This document shows, piece by piece, positions 51,385 to 64,000 of a DNA stretch of 64,000 bases. The stretch is from Tubulanus polymorphus (taxonomy: Eukaryota; Animalia; Nemertea). The position numbers and the translations under genes are program-made. The notes below the pieces were generated by a model. The model searched no databases, was not told the DNA's origin, and was given only the letters and a program-made list of their open reading frames with translations. The stretch's first letter is position 1, and every line of letters begins with the position of its first letter. The stretch covers positions 8,284,812 to 8,348,811 of the forward strand of contig NC_134036.1 in the NCBI RefSeq assembly GCF_964204645.1, written 5' to 3'.

Positions 51385-52305
51385 TACCAGATACATTTTA
51401 TTCAATCTAAGGATTATTAGTTAAATGATATGATAATGTTTATTTCGTCAAAGTGTTTACACTTGTATGAAAATAATTATAAACTGAACAAAATTACAAA
51501 TACAGATGCCGTTACTTTTTCACAATACAATATCTTAATTGATATAGATAAGTAATTATTTAAATATTTCAGTTAGTGTCACTTAGGAGATATATTCTGC
51601 GTCTGAACATCCCTAACAAATATTTTCCAATATTAGTTAATCTGCCGATTGACTGCGAGCACAGAAGCTCTACAAATTTGATATTTGGATTACGAGTATA
51701 GTATCTTGGTAAAAGATTTCTTCTAAGTGAAATATACGCCTGGCAGGAAAGGAGAACATGAAACTCGTCTTCAACAGCACTACGACATAATGTACAGATA
51801 CAGTTTTCTCTAAGAGGTACCGGTCTGGTCCATCTGCCGCTATCAATTGCCAAATTATGGCTGCTACATCGAAATTTTGAAATAATATTTACAATATTTG
51901 TATCGTTAATATCAAGATATTTTTCGTACTCAAAGTTGTTTTTGAATTCTCTGTACAATGAACATTTTTGGCTATTGTTAGGCGATTGGATATATTGGTC
52001 TTTAGTCTTTGCTCGACTAATTTCAAAAAGACATTTCGGTTACCAACAGATTGCGCTAGCCAATAGTTACCTAAGCCGAGACTATTTAATAAGTCTCGCA
52101 GTTTTGATACCCAATTTGATACGGATAAGTTAGTTTGAGACTGTGTTAAAAGTAGGTCATGAGTTTTACGCACAAGAGAGTTACTATCAGCTCGTAAAGT
52201 TTCTGTCCAGAATTTGACTGCTGAGATTTTAGAATCAATAGAAAGGGGGAACGTCCTAGTTCTCCATACACCATCACATTTTGAACTAATTTGAATGAAT
52301 TTCTA
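51385..52305 (-). mobile_element. Non-LTR retrotransposon 3' fragment (post-RT region with CCHC knuckle; clade uncertain, RTEX-like)
   Basis: VYGELGRSP, WVSKLRDLLNSLGL, FRCSSHNLAIDSGRW, CTLC..VEDEFHVLLSC; frameshifted; AT-rich 3'UTR with AATAAA. Confidence 0.8.
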
Positions 52306-52440
52306 AGTAAAGTTGTTGTTGGTTACATGAAGTATTTAGGTGATGTTAATCCAGATTTAAAAGGATTTACTTTGGGCGGGGGCAATTGTCCTTGGGACAA
52401 TTGTCCTGATAGGATAACAGGTATAGGTCCCGTAGCATTA

Positions 52441-52855
52441 TTCCTTACAATAGGCATATGTTATGGCCCATAACAGGTATATGTCCCGTAGCATATCTTA
52501 CAGTGAGTAAGAAATAAAACTAGGATTCATCGTACCTGTTATATGATCCGAACAATTAGCAGGCCTGTCGACATTACTTTCAGCTAAAAAACAAGGACAG
52601 ATTACATAAAGTTGAGAAAATCGTTTTCAGAGATTTAATATAATCTGTTTTCAATAATTTTTCAATAGTTAATTGAATAAATAAGCCCGAATCCTACCCG
52701 GGATTTCTTACAATAGGCATATGTTGTGGCCCATAACAGGTACAGGCCTATGTCCCGTAGCATATTTTACAGTAAAAAATAAAACTAGGATATGTTGTAC
52801 CTGTTTCATGGTCCAAACAATTGGCAAGGCTGTCGACATTACTTTCAGCTAAAAT
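52441..52855 (+). repeat. ~150-bp direct duplication (52441-52590 and 52705-52855)
   Basis: TTACAATAGGCATATGTT..GTCGACATTACTTTCAGCTAAAA occurs twice. Confidence 0.8.
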
Positions 52856-53251
52856 TAAGGAAAAGTCACATGAATAATGAAAGAAATAAACATTGTTGTA
52901 GCTGAATGTCAAAAAATACATCATGGCTATTCCATATCATAAAGTAAGAAACAAAACGCTAAATTAAAAACAGGAAATATTCAAAATTTACAACTGGTTA
53001 GGGTAACATTAACCAGAGTTACCCAATTTATACCTGTAGACCTACATAATTTCTATACCTAATATTCCTGATCAGAGTTTATAAGGTTAGCAGGATGTAA
53101 TCTATTATAAAAGGGACCCCTGAATTTGATCTTAGATGTTGGGCCTGAATATATTTCTTTAGGCCTATGTCGCCAACTTTAGAAAATGTGGCTAACTTAA
53201 AATTCTTATTTATTGACTCAGCTAGCTCGAATGAGTGACCATAGAAGATCC

Positions 53252-54124
53252 AACTAGGGGTCCAGGGACACCATGCCCATTTGGAACGTGGTTTCAAATG
53301 CTCTACAGTCTAACAATTTTAATATTCAACGCTCCCTGGAGACCATATACAAAACCCAATGACCTTGAAAATCGCCACAATCACAGAACATGTTTTCAGC
53401 TACAATTTTCCAATTGATTGTGGTAAGAAATATACTTAGGTATCAATGTAATGTGGAAAAACTTGTTTCCAACGAATAAGTACTGATGACATCAAGATGG
53501 CTGCCAATTGTGTGATAATTGGTTGATCAAAAATACCTGTCTCTGATATTAAAGATCCCTTTTCATACAATAGCCATCACAAATTTCAATGAAACATGGC
53601 AAACCAGTAAGAAGCTACAGGACTCAAATTGAATAAACAGAACAAGAACAAAATTCTAAAAAATAGGCTTGCTGATATGGTTGTACTGAAAGCTTGGTGG
53701 TTTTGTATTTCTGTAGTAGAATTAATCGAACTTTGAACTAATTTTACTTTTTAAAGAGCTAAGAGATCAGTGTTGTCTTCTATAAGTTTTCTATAAGTTA
53801 CTGCTTAACCCTCGTAAGACGAGTATTATTAGCAGGTACGACTTTTGTTGTTAAATTAGTGAGACGACTGGAACTGATATGTGTCCTGCCTGAATAGCAT
53901 GGTTTCATTCGGATTTGAACCCACAACCTCTCGATTGTGATATCCACCAAGCCACAGCATAGGACATTACAGGATGTCTTACTTTGTTACATGAAATATT
54001 ACACCCGGGGAGTGGGAATCGGAATGGTTTTATTGTAGAAAGAAGCATTCCCCTTTGTATTTTCATGTTTTAAGAAAAGTGAACACAATAGCCCGCTAGG
54101 AATAAAGTCGAAAGTGGGCTAAAA
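53252..54124 (+). mobile_element. Helentron-associated element, same family as 24943-25500
   Basis: AACTAGGGGTCCAGGGACACCATGCCCA start; AAAAGTGAACACAATAGCCCGCT..AAGTGGGCTAAAA end. Confidence 0.7.
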
Positions 54125-54779
54125 TCGAAATTCAGTTGTTATCCCATCTCAAATCTCACAATCATATTCACTGGCAATATATCACATGTTCCAAAGTGAA
54201 TAGGCCTAAATGCCAACAAAATGGGTTGAAATGATATTGTGGTGAAATTGAATGTTCGATTGTAGCTGAAATCGCAAAGCAACTACAATCTACCTGAATT
54301 ACTTTTTATCTGAAAAATTGAAAATACCACTGCATGCAAATAAAACAACATATCCACAATTATAGAAAATGTGTATATATTTACATCACAATTCATTATG
54401 GTACTAACGCAGAGGCTCCAAATGAATGAAAACAAAGACTGAGCTCTCAATACCTCTGGTAACATAAAAACCAATGACTTGATTCACTATGAGGATTGAG
54501 GATAGGCTCTGTCAGTAGTTAACATTTTCCATTTTTGGAACGATATGAATCATGCGATTTATAGGATCCAAAATAAATAATAATACCGCGTTCCTACTCA
54601 AACACACAGTGGCTAACTTTTACTGACACATTGGCCTATGTCCCTGAAAATGACACCAAAATGAATGAAACATTATTTCATACGCAATGACTAACAAGTC
54701 ATGACTAAAGAGGTAGGTATACTTAATTTAAGTATGCCACAGGGAATTAAGGAACATTTACCCTGAAATCTTAAAAGCT

Positions 54780-55075
54780 AGGGGCACACGAGCGTATTTT
54801 TTGCCCGATCGCAACAATTAAAAACAAATTAATACACCCGATATGAGCGGGCACATGATCATTCCGAAATTTGGTCAGCGACCGCCGCATAATGTGAGAG
54901 ACTTAGATATCGAATTTGCAGCCCATCCAAACGCCGGTGTAAATAATCCGCCGAAAATATCAAAGATCGCCAGGCGATGAGTCGGCCGACGAAATCGCCG
55001 TCGCTGTGACCGGCCAGTTGTTCAGCGATTAATGAATCCGCCGTGATCGGCCAAAAAATATGCTTGTGTGGCCCT
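54780..55075. mobile_element. MITE, PIF/Harbinger-like termini
   Basis: AGGGGCACACGAGCGTATTTTTTGCCCGATC versus GATCGGCCAAAAAATATGCTTGTGTGGCCCT. Confidence 0.7.
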
Positions 55076-56610
55076 TAAGTCTCTACTTATAGGCCTATAC
55101 ACATCAATTTAACAAATATGATAGTATCGGTATGCATATCGACATACCCACTCATCCCTGTCATGTTTTGAGAAGAAGAGCGATTCATCAGTATGTCCTC
55201 TGCGAAACCTGAAATTTTTAGGCATACACTCGATGTGAGAATAATTATCATTCTGTGCAAGATCTTAGAATAGTAGAAATTGGCTTAAAAGTCTAAACAG
55301 ACGACTTTATCAACGAATAGCAACATTTGCAATCCCATTTAGCAAATTTCCATTCCAAATATGTGTAAACCTGAATTCGACTACTTTATCTGTGGTTGTT
55401 TGGCCACTTAAAAAGGTAAAAGGAATACGGTACAGCCTAGAAGTAACATAACTCATAACGCGTCTGCTGGCGTTCGTTAGAGATTGTTGCGTTTTCCTTT
55501 TTTGTTTATGATAAAACGAAATAGAAACGCGAATCAAACTTGTTACTACCGCGGTTCAAATTCAACGCGTCCGGCGCGCACACATCAAATTCTTATACGT
55601 ATTAATAGCAGCTCCCTTCTTTTCTAGTGCAACTTCTTGTATATCGGTGACTACATGGTAAAATACATGCAGTAACAATAGAAACACCAAATACGTGCGT
55701 TCAAAGTTTCGTTGCACCCATAAGCGTGCCGCGAAACGCGTAATTCTGAAACGGATATTCGTCCCCAACCAGTGTCGAACGCGTTCGGAACTAAGCGAGA
55801 ACGAATTACAGAACGCGGTTTGAACGATATAAAACTAAACACAAACGAAAACGGAGTTAAGTTTCTTCTGGGCTGTACCGTGCATGAAAATTATCTTTCA
55901 ATTGTGATTGCTATAATGTTTTGATAAACCGCCAATCACTGCAAAATGTTATGTAACGCAAATTTATGTCTTTTACCACTATACACTCAATCGGGACAGT
56001 TCCTGACTAGCTTCACTGCGGTTATACTCATGAATTATAGTACTTACATTTCAGTGGTTCCAAGATGTGTTCTCACATGTATGGACATAGTTTCATTATC
56101 GATTTGTTCCACCACACCCAAGGGAAGCTCATCCTTCCAAACTTGAATGCCTGGGGGAGGCAAAGTCCATTTCAACCAATTGCGTGATGTTGCCTTTTTA
56201 GTACAAAAGAAAACGAGATGCTTAGGTGTTAAATTAAATTTTCTGCGTAAATGCCCAATTAAATGTTGATATTAATGTGACTGATCTATTACTTGGAATC
56301 GGACCATCTAGTCCCATTCTACATCTAGCAATCAGACTCGGGTTTTTCGCAAGGCGTTAGACTTGATCATCGCGCGCGCCCTGAACGTTCAATATGTACA
56401 TGTTCTGTACACACACACAGCGAGGATATTGAGTGTCGCCGTAGCAATCCGCTACCGCGGCTTCAACTAACAAAGTTAACCAAATTTGAGCACTTATGAA
56501 CATCAGAGTCACATATAAACCAAGCTGCACCATCTACACCAAGTAAAGAATATATGTGCCAATTTACTGAATTATCGGTCTACACAAAATCGTGTCATAA
56601 AGAAACTTCC

Positions 56611-56676
56611 ACAGACAGACAGACACTAGACAGACATGACGATGCCATAGATGGGTCTAACGAAACCCATCAAAAA
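56611..56676 (+). mobile_element. 3' end of another HINE-like element
   Basis: ACAG microsatellite, then stem-loop GATGGGT..ACCCATC and AAAAA. Confidence 0.5.
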
Positions 56677-58016
56677 GAAAATGAATCAAAGCCTACCTTT
56701 TTCACAATACCATCTTCAAACAAAAGTTTTCTTTGTCGCACAGTGCAAGGGTAGTAGAATCCTTGGTAAAGACCATAAGCATACTCCATTATGTAAGACT
56801 AAGATAACAAAAGGCTACATTAATAGTTTTTCCAACTCTACTATCATGCTACATATATGCAATACAGAGAAATGGCACCCAATGGCGGAATTTGTGGAGA
56901 AATTAATTAATTTCTTTAAAAAATGTTCGTATCGTATCGGTTACAATCAACGGGATGCATTTTATGCCTATTTCTAGGTTGTCTCATTGATGATTGTTAC
57001 TAGGTTTGACACCAGCTGTGAAATACAGCATGTTGTTGATTCATTAGTCTGAATACCAGTCGTTGTTACGGTTCCGTACGTCTGACGCTTAAGTATCATA
57101 TAGAGGTTAACTCCTGTTAATTGCAATGCAACAACTGATTTTAGTGTCAAATCAAACCTTTGTACTAAAAAAAATTAATTCGTTACCTTGTTGACTTTGA
57201 AAACGTGTTTTATAATAATATTTTTGATGATTTAAATCGCGAATCGGAGAATTTATTGATTTGATTTGAATTGATTTCCACTATCGGGATTTCCAAAACG
57301 GACTAAAAAATTAATAAAATGTGAAAATTCAATATGTCTCTCTAAAATTACTCTAAATGTTATTTTTTGTTGATAAAACGCATAAATTTTGGTCAATTTT
57401 AACCTTAAAAATTTGAAACAAGAATAACATCTGCATTGGCATCAATGTCAGTCCAAGTTTAAGTTCAAATCCGTAATTTACAATCCCGACCCATCATGCA
57501 CCACGAAAAGCTGCCATATTTGTTATGGTGCTTCACTTCAACTATTTTTTGAGGCGACTAGTCAAAAGTTTTGAGCTAGGCCTACTACGATCGTCAAAAG
57601 CTACCTAGGATTACAAATTTATGCACAAACGATAGTTAACTTCTATCTGATTACAGAACAGTCAGTTTGAGGTAAGTTGATGGTGTTTTAAGGGGTGAAA
57701 TAGACGCTCAAAGCCTCGTCCCTCAAAATGAGGGACGAAAATTAACCTTATATGAGCACTTTCGCCTTAGACATTGTTTCAGGAATAACGGCTAGGTACT
57801 AGACTATTGATTCATCAGTTCATCGCTTGAAACAATAAACATACATAAAATAAATTTGGATTGTTTCGAAAGGTACCTGTCTTAGTTTGTGAATTAAGTC
57901 ATTAATTGTGGAGTATATTTTCGTTGCTATTCAACGTCAACCGTGTTTTGGCCCTTGTCATCCCTTATGTTGGTAAAAGCCCATCCGATTATAAAAAGCT
58001 TACCACCAACGATTTG

Positions 58017-58222
58017 GGTAAAAGTGCAGATCTGCACCTCTCCGCGTAAACGGTTCAATCAATTACATTAAATATCATTGTTTCAGATTCAAAATGTCAT
58101 CAGCAATTCAGTACGATTGCCATTGGTTAATTTTAAATCTTCACTAGAAAGATTTTAGCCTGGATTCTGTCATATTTAGTAGATTGCGTCAATCACGAGA
58201 TGTGCGGATCTGCACTTTTACC
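58017..58222. mobile_element. MITE with ~26-bp TIRs
   Basis: GGTAAAAGTGCAGATCTGCACCTCTC...GAGATGTGCGGATCTGCACTTTTACC. Confidence 0.75.
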
Positions 58223-60705
58223 AGGTATTTATCGAACGACGACTCGACGAGATTCACCGACTCGAAATGACATGAAATTAGCTTTTTCGTTTATTTCTTA
58301 TTAGGTCAATGCTTTTTGGTATCTTTATAGGCTCTATATCGTATCTTATTATAAGTGCACAGTCGAAGCTCTTTTAGTTAATAGCGCGTATGAGGCAAAT
58401 TTTCTATATTTCTCCATACCGTCCTCCTCCTCAAAAAGTGTAGTTTACATCCGGGACACATGGAAATGGCTAAATCGTGGCTACGGAAATGACGGTTGCG
58501 GTTGGGACTCTCGTCGAAACTTGCGGGCCGCGTCACGTCGGATAGTTTAAATACTTAATTTTTGTTAAATATCCAAAATAATTACAAAGAATATTCACAA
58601 AATAATGTCAAATTAAATTTTATTTTTATTTCGTATCCCTCCGTAGTAACCGATAGGAAGACTGGATTCGAATCCCACAAAACCACAGTGGGTCCGGGTA
58701 TCGCTCCCGCTACTTTGACAGGTGAAGATGCTTAGGAGTCGTGAATTTTGTATAATAACAAGTGCGTCGGTTTTACAGCATCGCTAAGGATCGAGTCCCG
58801 GAGAATTACGCGCGCGCACCCCGCGTGTTAAAGACTAGAGTCCCGCGACATGCTTCCGAAATAATTAACTCAAAATTTTTGCCGATCCTTGGGATAAAAT
58901 GCGTTTTTTAACTTAATCTTTTTACGTGTCTTGAACTCCCGTTTTTCTGCGTTATTTCCTTTTCTGTGTCGTGTAAAATTCATATACGCTTGTACTAGGC
59001 CTATCTATAATCCGTATTTAAAGTAGTTCCATTAACTCCGTACCCATGCAACCCATGGTTGGGAACAAATTCCTAGCGTAAAACACATAAAACTATTGAA
59101 GCCGTGAGATTTAATGTGGATATCTGATGATCTTTTATTACATATACAGACAAATTTACTTTAATAGTGATAGTCTTAAATCTGACTGTGCGCTTCACCA
59201 AGTTTTGACTATGACATTTTAGGCCTGAGGCCTATAGCTATGCTTTTATATTTGCATGTCATTTCGGTTCATCTCTGTAAACAGAATCGTTCTCACGGCC
59301 GAGCCACGGCACAGTAGCAAACTCAAAATATTATAGTAATTAAATACTGATTGAATACAATTCAACAGTAATTATATACTGATTGAATACAATTCAACAA
59401 GGATTTTGACAAACAATCTAGATATTTCCAGGAAATTTTGCAGTTTTATTTGTTTACTTTTGCTTACCGGACAAACCAGGAAGTAATTAAATGCACTAAA
59501 ATGTTAGGCCTAACTCTAAACTCTTTCCTAAATTGGAAAGTCGGAAATCGATGCAAAACCACATGAGAAAGAATTCCTATTTCAAATTTCAAATTTCATG
59601 GCAAACCGGTAAGGGTAGGGTATAGAATTTATGGGGTTCTCTTTTCAACAATCTTGAAAAATATCACAAAATAGTTAAATAAAATAACGTTCGAATTTGG
59701 AGTTCTCGAGTAGGGTCTACTAACAAAATGTGCTGTCTAGAAACATACAGCGACGTATAGATATGCGTGTTAGCTATATTGAAGGATTACTAAAATAATT
59801 TTTAAGTCACATGAATCGAAGAAAAGAGACTTCATTTTATGATCTAAATCTGGACTGCAGTGTAAAATGCATTAAAAACGATGGTTAATTTGGACTGCAC
59901 AGTATCCAACTGGTCGTATCATTATGCCCAATTTGAGGTACGTATGTGTTAAACAAATTAGGAGAAATACCATAAAAGATTGATATCACACGAGTCTCTT
60001 AGGGCTTAGACCTATGTCCATTTATTTTCGTCTATCGATCTTTTTGGGATATTTAGGCCTCATTTATCGAAAACATACCGGTACCTGATTTTGGTCTTGA
60101 GGACCATTGAATCTGCACAGTCCAGATAAATCAACGTTTTTGAACTCCGCAGTAGAGAACCAGGAGAACAGAGCCAGATGAATATTTTATGAAGGAATCC
60201 TTTAGTGTACCGAAGGTCTACCATATTTGATGAAGTTTTATACACACACTACCCTCAGAATACCCTTTTGATCTGCTGGTTACGACTACGAAGGCTAAGC
60301 AAATGCAGGCGTAATCTTTACTAACATCCTTTTGACTCAATTACGATAGAGTGAATGATTATTCTAAATATCTACAACTAATAAAAGAAAAACAAGCTTA
60401 TCTACCTGTTATTTGAAGATTCCAACCACCAAACACGTGCTTGGAAGAGCGCTGGTTTGAAAATACCCATAATGCAACTCATAGTACTGCATTGATCCAC
60501 TGTGGCGCTAGCGTACTGTTCAAATATATATATTTGTGTGTCAGACCAATACTATGGGTAAGCAACACGGCTGACATCATCAACGTTGACGTGGCTGTTT
60601 GGCGCTAAAATAAAATGTGGGACGGTGTAAATGTCCCACACCGAATGAGCGTCCCACACCATGGGTCTGAAATCGACAAACGTCCCGCAAATGCACTAAT
60701 GTATA

Positions 60706-60709
<4 letters not shown>

Positions 60710-60800
<91 letters not shown>
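60710..60800. repeat. (TA)n microsatellite, about 45 units
   Basis: Direct inspection. Confidence 0.98.
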
Positions 60801-60803
<3 letters not shown>

Positions 60804-60941
60804 GAATGTGTTTGTTGGGGTTAAAGGTTGAGAGGGCGAGTTCATAAAAAATGAAAAATAAATTCGAGTGTGCGAGAATTTATTTTTTATTTTCTATGAA
60901 CTCGACCTCTCGACCTTTGATCTGAACCAACACATTCCCAA
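60800..60941. repeat. ~140-bp foldback (hairpin MITE-like)
   Basis: TTGGGAATGTGTT..GAGTTCATA..AAAATAAATTC versus GAATTTATTTT..TATGAACTC..AACACATTCCCAA. Confidence 0.7.
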
Positions 60942-62746
60942 TTACTCATACTTACCACCGGCAATGATAAGAAACCCAACAATCAAAATAGTTTGGTAGT
61001 TAAACGCACGCATGTCTGCGATACTGTCTCTGAAAGTAGATCGATTAAAAGAGATGACCAACCAAAGAGAATAAGACTTCTCACTAGAGCCCACTTCGAC
61101 ATTATCAAATTGCCCGCTGGTGATTTAAGCAGTTTTTATGATTCACTGTAGGGAAGAGTGTCAGATTCAGTAGGTGCCATCCGAATCGTCTTAACTTCAG
61201 CCCCGCTCAGCGAGTGATGATTCCCGAAAGGATAGTTACTCGATTTCCTACAAAAGCATAGTACGGAATGCGGCAATCTTCCGTAAGCTTCAATCTTTCT
61301 GCGGCAATCGTGTCATCGTGTTACTGAGCGCACCAATTAAGATTCCTTGAAAATGATCTTGTTGACCGATTTATTTCAATTTCAATCGAGGCCCGTTGTA
61401 AGTGAAGCCCAACGGAAAAGGTTTCCATCAGCCGTGAGGTGAGCCTATTGCTATAAAAATGGAGCGAATTTAAATGACATGATTCCAGATGAAAGGCTAT
61501 TTCACAGTGCAACTTAACACGTATTTATTCATATCATGCATCGTCCCATTCAACAATTCCTAGGAACTCGAATTCAGAAAAAGGGCCTCGTCAAAATCGA
61601 AGGTGGATTCTCGCTAGTACGGCAAGGTTTCGTACCCCGGCGGGCCTCGGTGCCATCGGGTTCGAATCCATGCCGGGGCAAGCCTATGGGACCGCGTATT
61701 TCAAAGAGGAACACAAGTTAATATAATTCAAATAATCCTTAGAGAGATTTGTTTCACTGTTGTCTGTTGAGAAGTAGAAGAGCTGTCGACATGTAGACTG
61801 TAATGCTGTTTGTCGTCTTGGACAATCCGTTTTTCAAAAGAATTGAGATGTTTGCTATTATTTTCGAAGATATCGAATGTCTGCCATCGGCTTCACGAGA
61901 AAACCAAAATCGTTTTCCACGTACTTTACTTTCGTAGAACCCCGCAAGTAAGTCGGGATGTATTTTGTGGGTCGAAAGGTCACGTTTTTGGTGGCATTTC
62001 TCATAAAAACCTCGAAAGCCCAGTCTGTGCAACCTACCATATTTTCTAAGTACCCTGCATGTAAGTCGGAAAGTATTTTGTGTGTCGAATGGTCACGATT
62101 TCGTGGACTATCTCCTCACAACTCCGAAAGCCCAGGTCTGTGTTTTTACTAAAATGTACAACGCGAAGTTTTCATCCGCATAACCCCATAACTCGAAATA
62201 AGCTTCATTCTGCATATTAAAAAATTGAAATTTTCTGAGGCGTCATAGACACTGGAATAGTGCTAACGAGATAAGAATACCAACTGATCTGTTTCGTGTT
62301 CTTAAGATTAACTTTTCAATAATTCTACATTTGCGGATGTTCTGAATTATGTATGGCTCGTGCGTTACTAGTCGGAAAATATGTTCTATATACGCGCGGT
62401 ACATAAACGAAATGACAAAAAATCACATTAAATGTGATATCAGGCGAACTCAAACGAAGCGAAAATTAACTTGAACATTTTAAAAATATAATTGGATGCG
62501 GGTATGATCGACCGTTGGAAACATGAAACTGAACATTCCAGCACAGATCGATGATTACTACTGGAGAGTTGATCGTTGAGTTAGAGCGAACACTAATTAG
62601 AGCTAGAAAAAGTGGTTGGATTCTAAGAGAACTGCTGAGTGAAGCAAATAATGAATTTCAGGAGTAAGGAATTTAAAATGTTACGGCATTTGTGAACAGA
62701 ACGTGGCGATCTGTGGACGACAACCGCGCAGACCTTTTCATTGCGA

Positions 62747-64000
62747 ATGAATGTCATTCCTTGCATCGTGTTGATGTTGTTCAGTATGGAGCAGCGACTG
62801 AGAGCGCTGTTTTTAGCATCACTGATCGTCCGTCAAGTTCGCATCGCGCGCGCTAATCGCGCAGACTCTATCGAGGAATCGGCTGTGTCGGTAAGTTCGT
62901 CTTGTAACAACACGTGGTACCCGCTAGATTCTACGTCCGGTTACATCGTTTCACCGAACTACCCTACGTTAACGCGCGGTGTTGAATGCCGTTGGTTCAT
63001 CAACAGTTCTTTACCGGGAACGTTCCACATCCAGGTTTACTACGACATCGAGCTGTCAATATTCTGTAGTGACAACTACCTTCTCCTCTACGATTCTGGT
63101 GACAGGTTATGCGGCAATGGAAAACATGAAATCCGCCGTAACGATTCGATCTCGTTGATGTTTAGGAGTAACGTCGACGGTCCACGAGGTAGTCGGGTAT
63201 ATATAATATATCGTTATGAACGAAGCCGATTGAGAATCAGTTATGACTGTTCACTGAGACATCTTGAATTGAATAATCTCTTTTCCTCAAATGGTTATAA
63301 ATTCCAAATGAGAATATCACGTAGTTGCCGGCTGTTCGTGGAATGGACTGGAATATTACCGAATTATGCGATGAATCTGACATTTATTCAGATTATATTG
63401 AAATCAAATCCTGCACGTCAATCTGCGATCATTGAAATCCACGACGGATGGATCAGCAGCGGTGAACCTTTAGCTCTTATACGGGAACAAACCGGACATC
63501 CACCTTCATCGTTTTATACTAAAACAAATAAAGCCGTCATCTCTTCACTCGATTGGTATCTCGCAAATCAATTCAAGCTTTATGTTCAAATCTTCAAGAT
63601 ATCAGATTGGAACGTCTCTAATCCGTTGATTCAGATATCTAATAACGAGTCGGGAGTGCTCATTCCCAATGACAACAGTTTACACGTAATAACTCAAACA
63701 AAACACTTGCACTGCTGGTCTATCACAGTGCAGGTGTTACAGTACGTCGTCTTCAACTGGACACGTGAATTCGTCACATCTAGTGACGTCATTGGTGTAT
63801 ATAAACTAGAAGGATTGCGTGTTGTAAGAACTGATATTTTACATGGTTACAACTACCTGGAATCGATGAGCATCAAATCCGATGGATTTCTCGTTTTACT
63901 GTGCGTCTTAATGAACGGTGAACTAACGAATTTACGAAAAGGAATCCACTTTAACGTGAGATCATTATCGATAGGAGATGTAGACGTCACTAATCATCCG
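62747..64000 (+). CDS. Intronless CUB-domain extracellular/receptor protein, 5' part (418 codons, open to the window end)
   Basis: Manual translation has no stop; hydrophobic N-terminus; CUB motifs CNNT..SGYIVSPNYP..ECRWFI..CSDNYLLL..RLCG..SLMFRSN; two further degenerate CUB-like units (IEIHDG; SGVLIP..HCWSITV). Confidence 0.8.
   Translation, partial: MNVIPCIVLMLFSMEQRLRALFLASLIVRQVRIARANRADSIEESAVSVSSSCNNTWYPLDSTSGYIVSPNYPTLTRGVECRWFINSSLPGTFHIQVYYDIELSIFCSDNYLLLYDSGDRLCGNGKHEIRRNDSISLMFRSNVDGPRGSRVYIIYRYERSRLRISYDCSLRHLELNNLFSSNGYKFQMRISRSCRLFVEWTGILPNYAMNLTFIQIILKSNPARQSAIIEIHDGWISSGEPLALIREQTGHPPSSFYTKTNKAVISSLDWYLANQFKLYVQIFKISDWNVSNPLIQISNNESGVLIPNDNSLHVITQTKHLHCWSITVQVLQYVVFNWTREFVTSSDVIGVYKLEGLRVVRTDILHGYNYLESMSIKSDGFLVLLCVLMNGELTNLRKGIHFNVRSLSIGDVDVTNHP

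Noticed and set aside
60615-60824. ORF with YIYIYI repeat
   Set aside because: Translation of a (TA)n microsatellite.
61610-61680. tRNA gene (GGTTCGAATCC B box); similar motifs near 6985, 31730, 53915 and 58665
   Set aside because: No complete cloverleaf or acceptor stem; consistent with SINE heads.
47509-64000. A single Kremen-like gene joining Kringle-WSC to the downstream CUB ORF
   Set aside because: The WSC exon ends in a stop followed by AATAAA, and the CUB ORF has its own ATG and hydrophobic leader 12 kb away.

Overview
AT-rich, intron-containing animal DNA, most likely from a marine invertebrate; the taxon cannot be fixed from the sequence. Host genes: (1) a + strand FN3-repeat receptor gene (receptor-PTP-type ectodomain, 10 exons, 1703-15432) with five lesions in its first four exons and no catalytic exons found after the transmembrane exon; (2) a compact EPN/WND C-type lectin (-, 31256-32802); (3) an intact secreted 3xKringle+WSC protein (+, 47509-50877); (4) an intronless CUB-domain ORF open to the window end (62747-64000), missed by the ORF track. 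Mobile and viral DNA: two decayed blocks of a Polinton/Maverick-like virus (16020-18136 on +, 37710-42033 on -) carrying complementary halves of one major capsid gene in opposite orientation; a 2.97-kb TG...CA solo-LTR-like element with a 4-bp TSD and a 59-bp palindromic array, plus a truncated second copy; Penelope-type minimal hammerhead motifs, one in a 167-bp insertion with a 9-bp TSD; Helentron-associated elements, MITEs, SINEs, a LINE 3' fragment and minisatellites. Exon models were built by hand from GT/AG sites and phase. Family assignments rest on motif recognition, not database searches.
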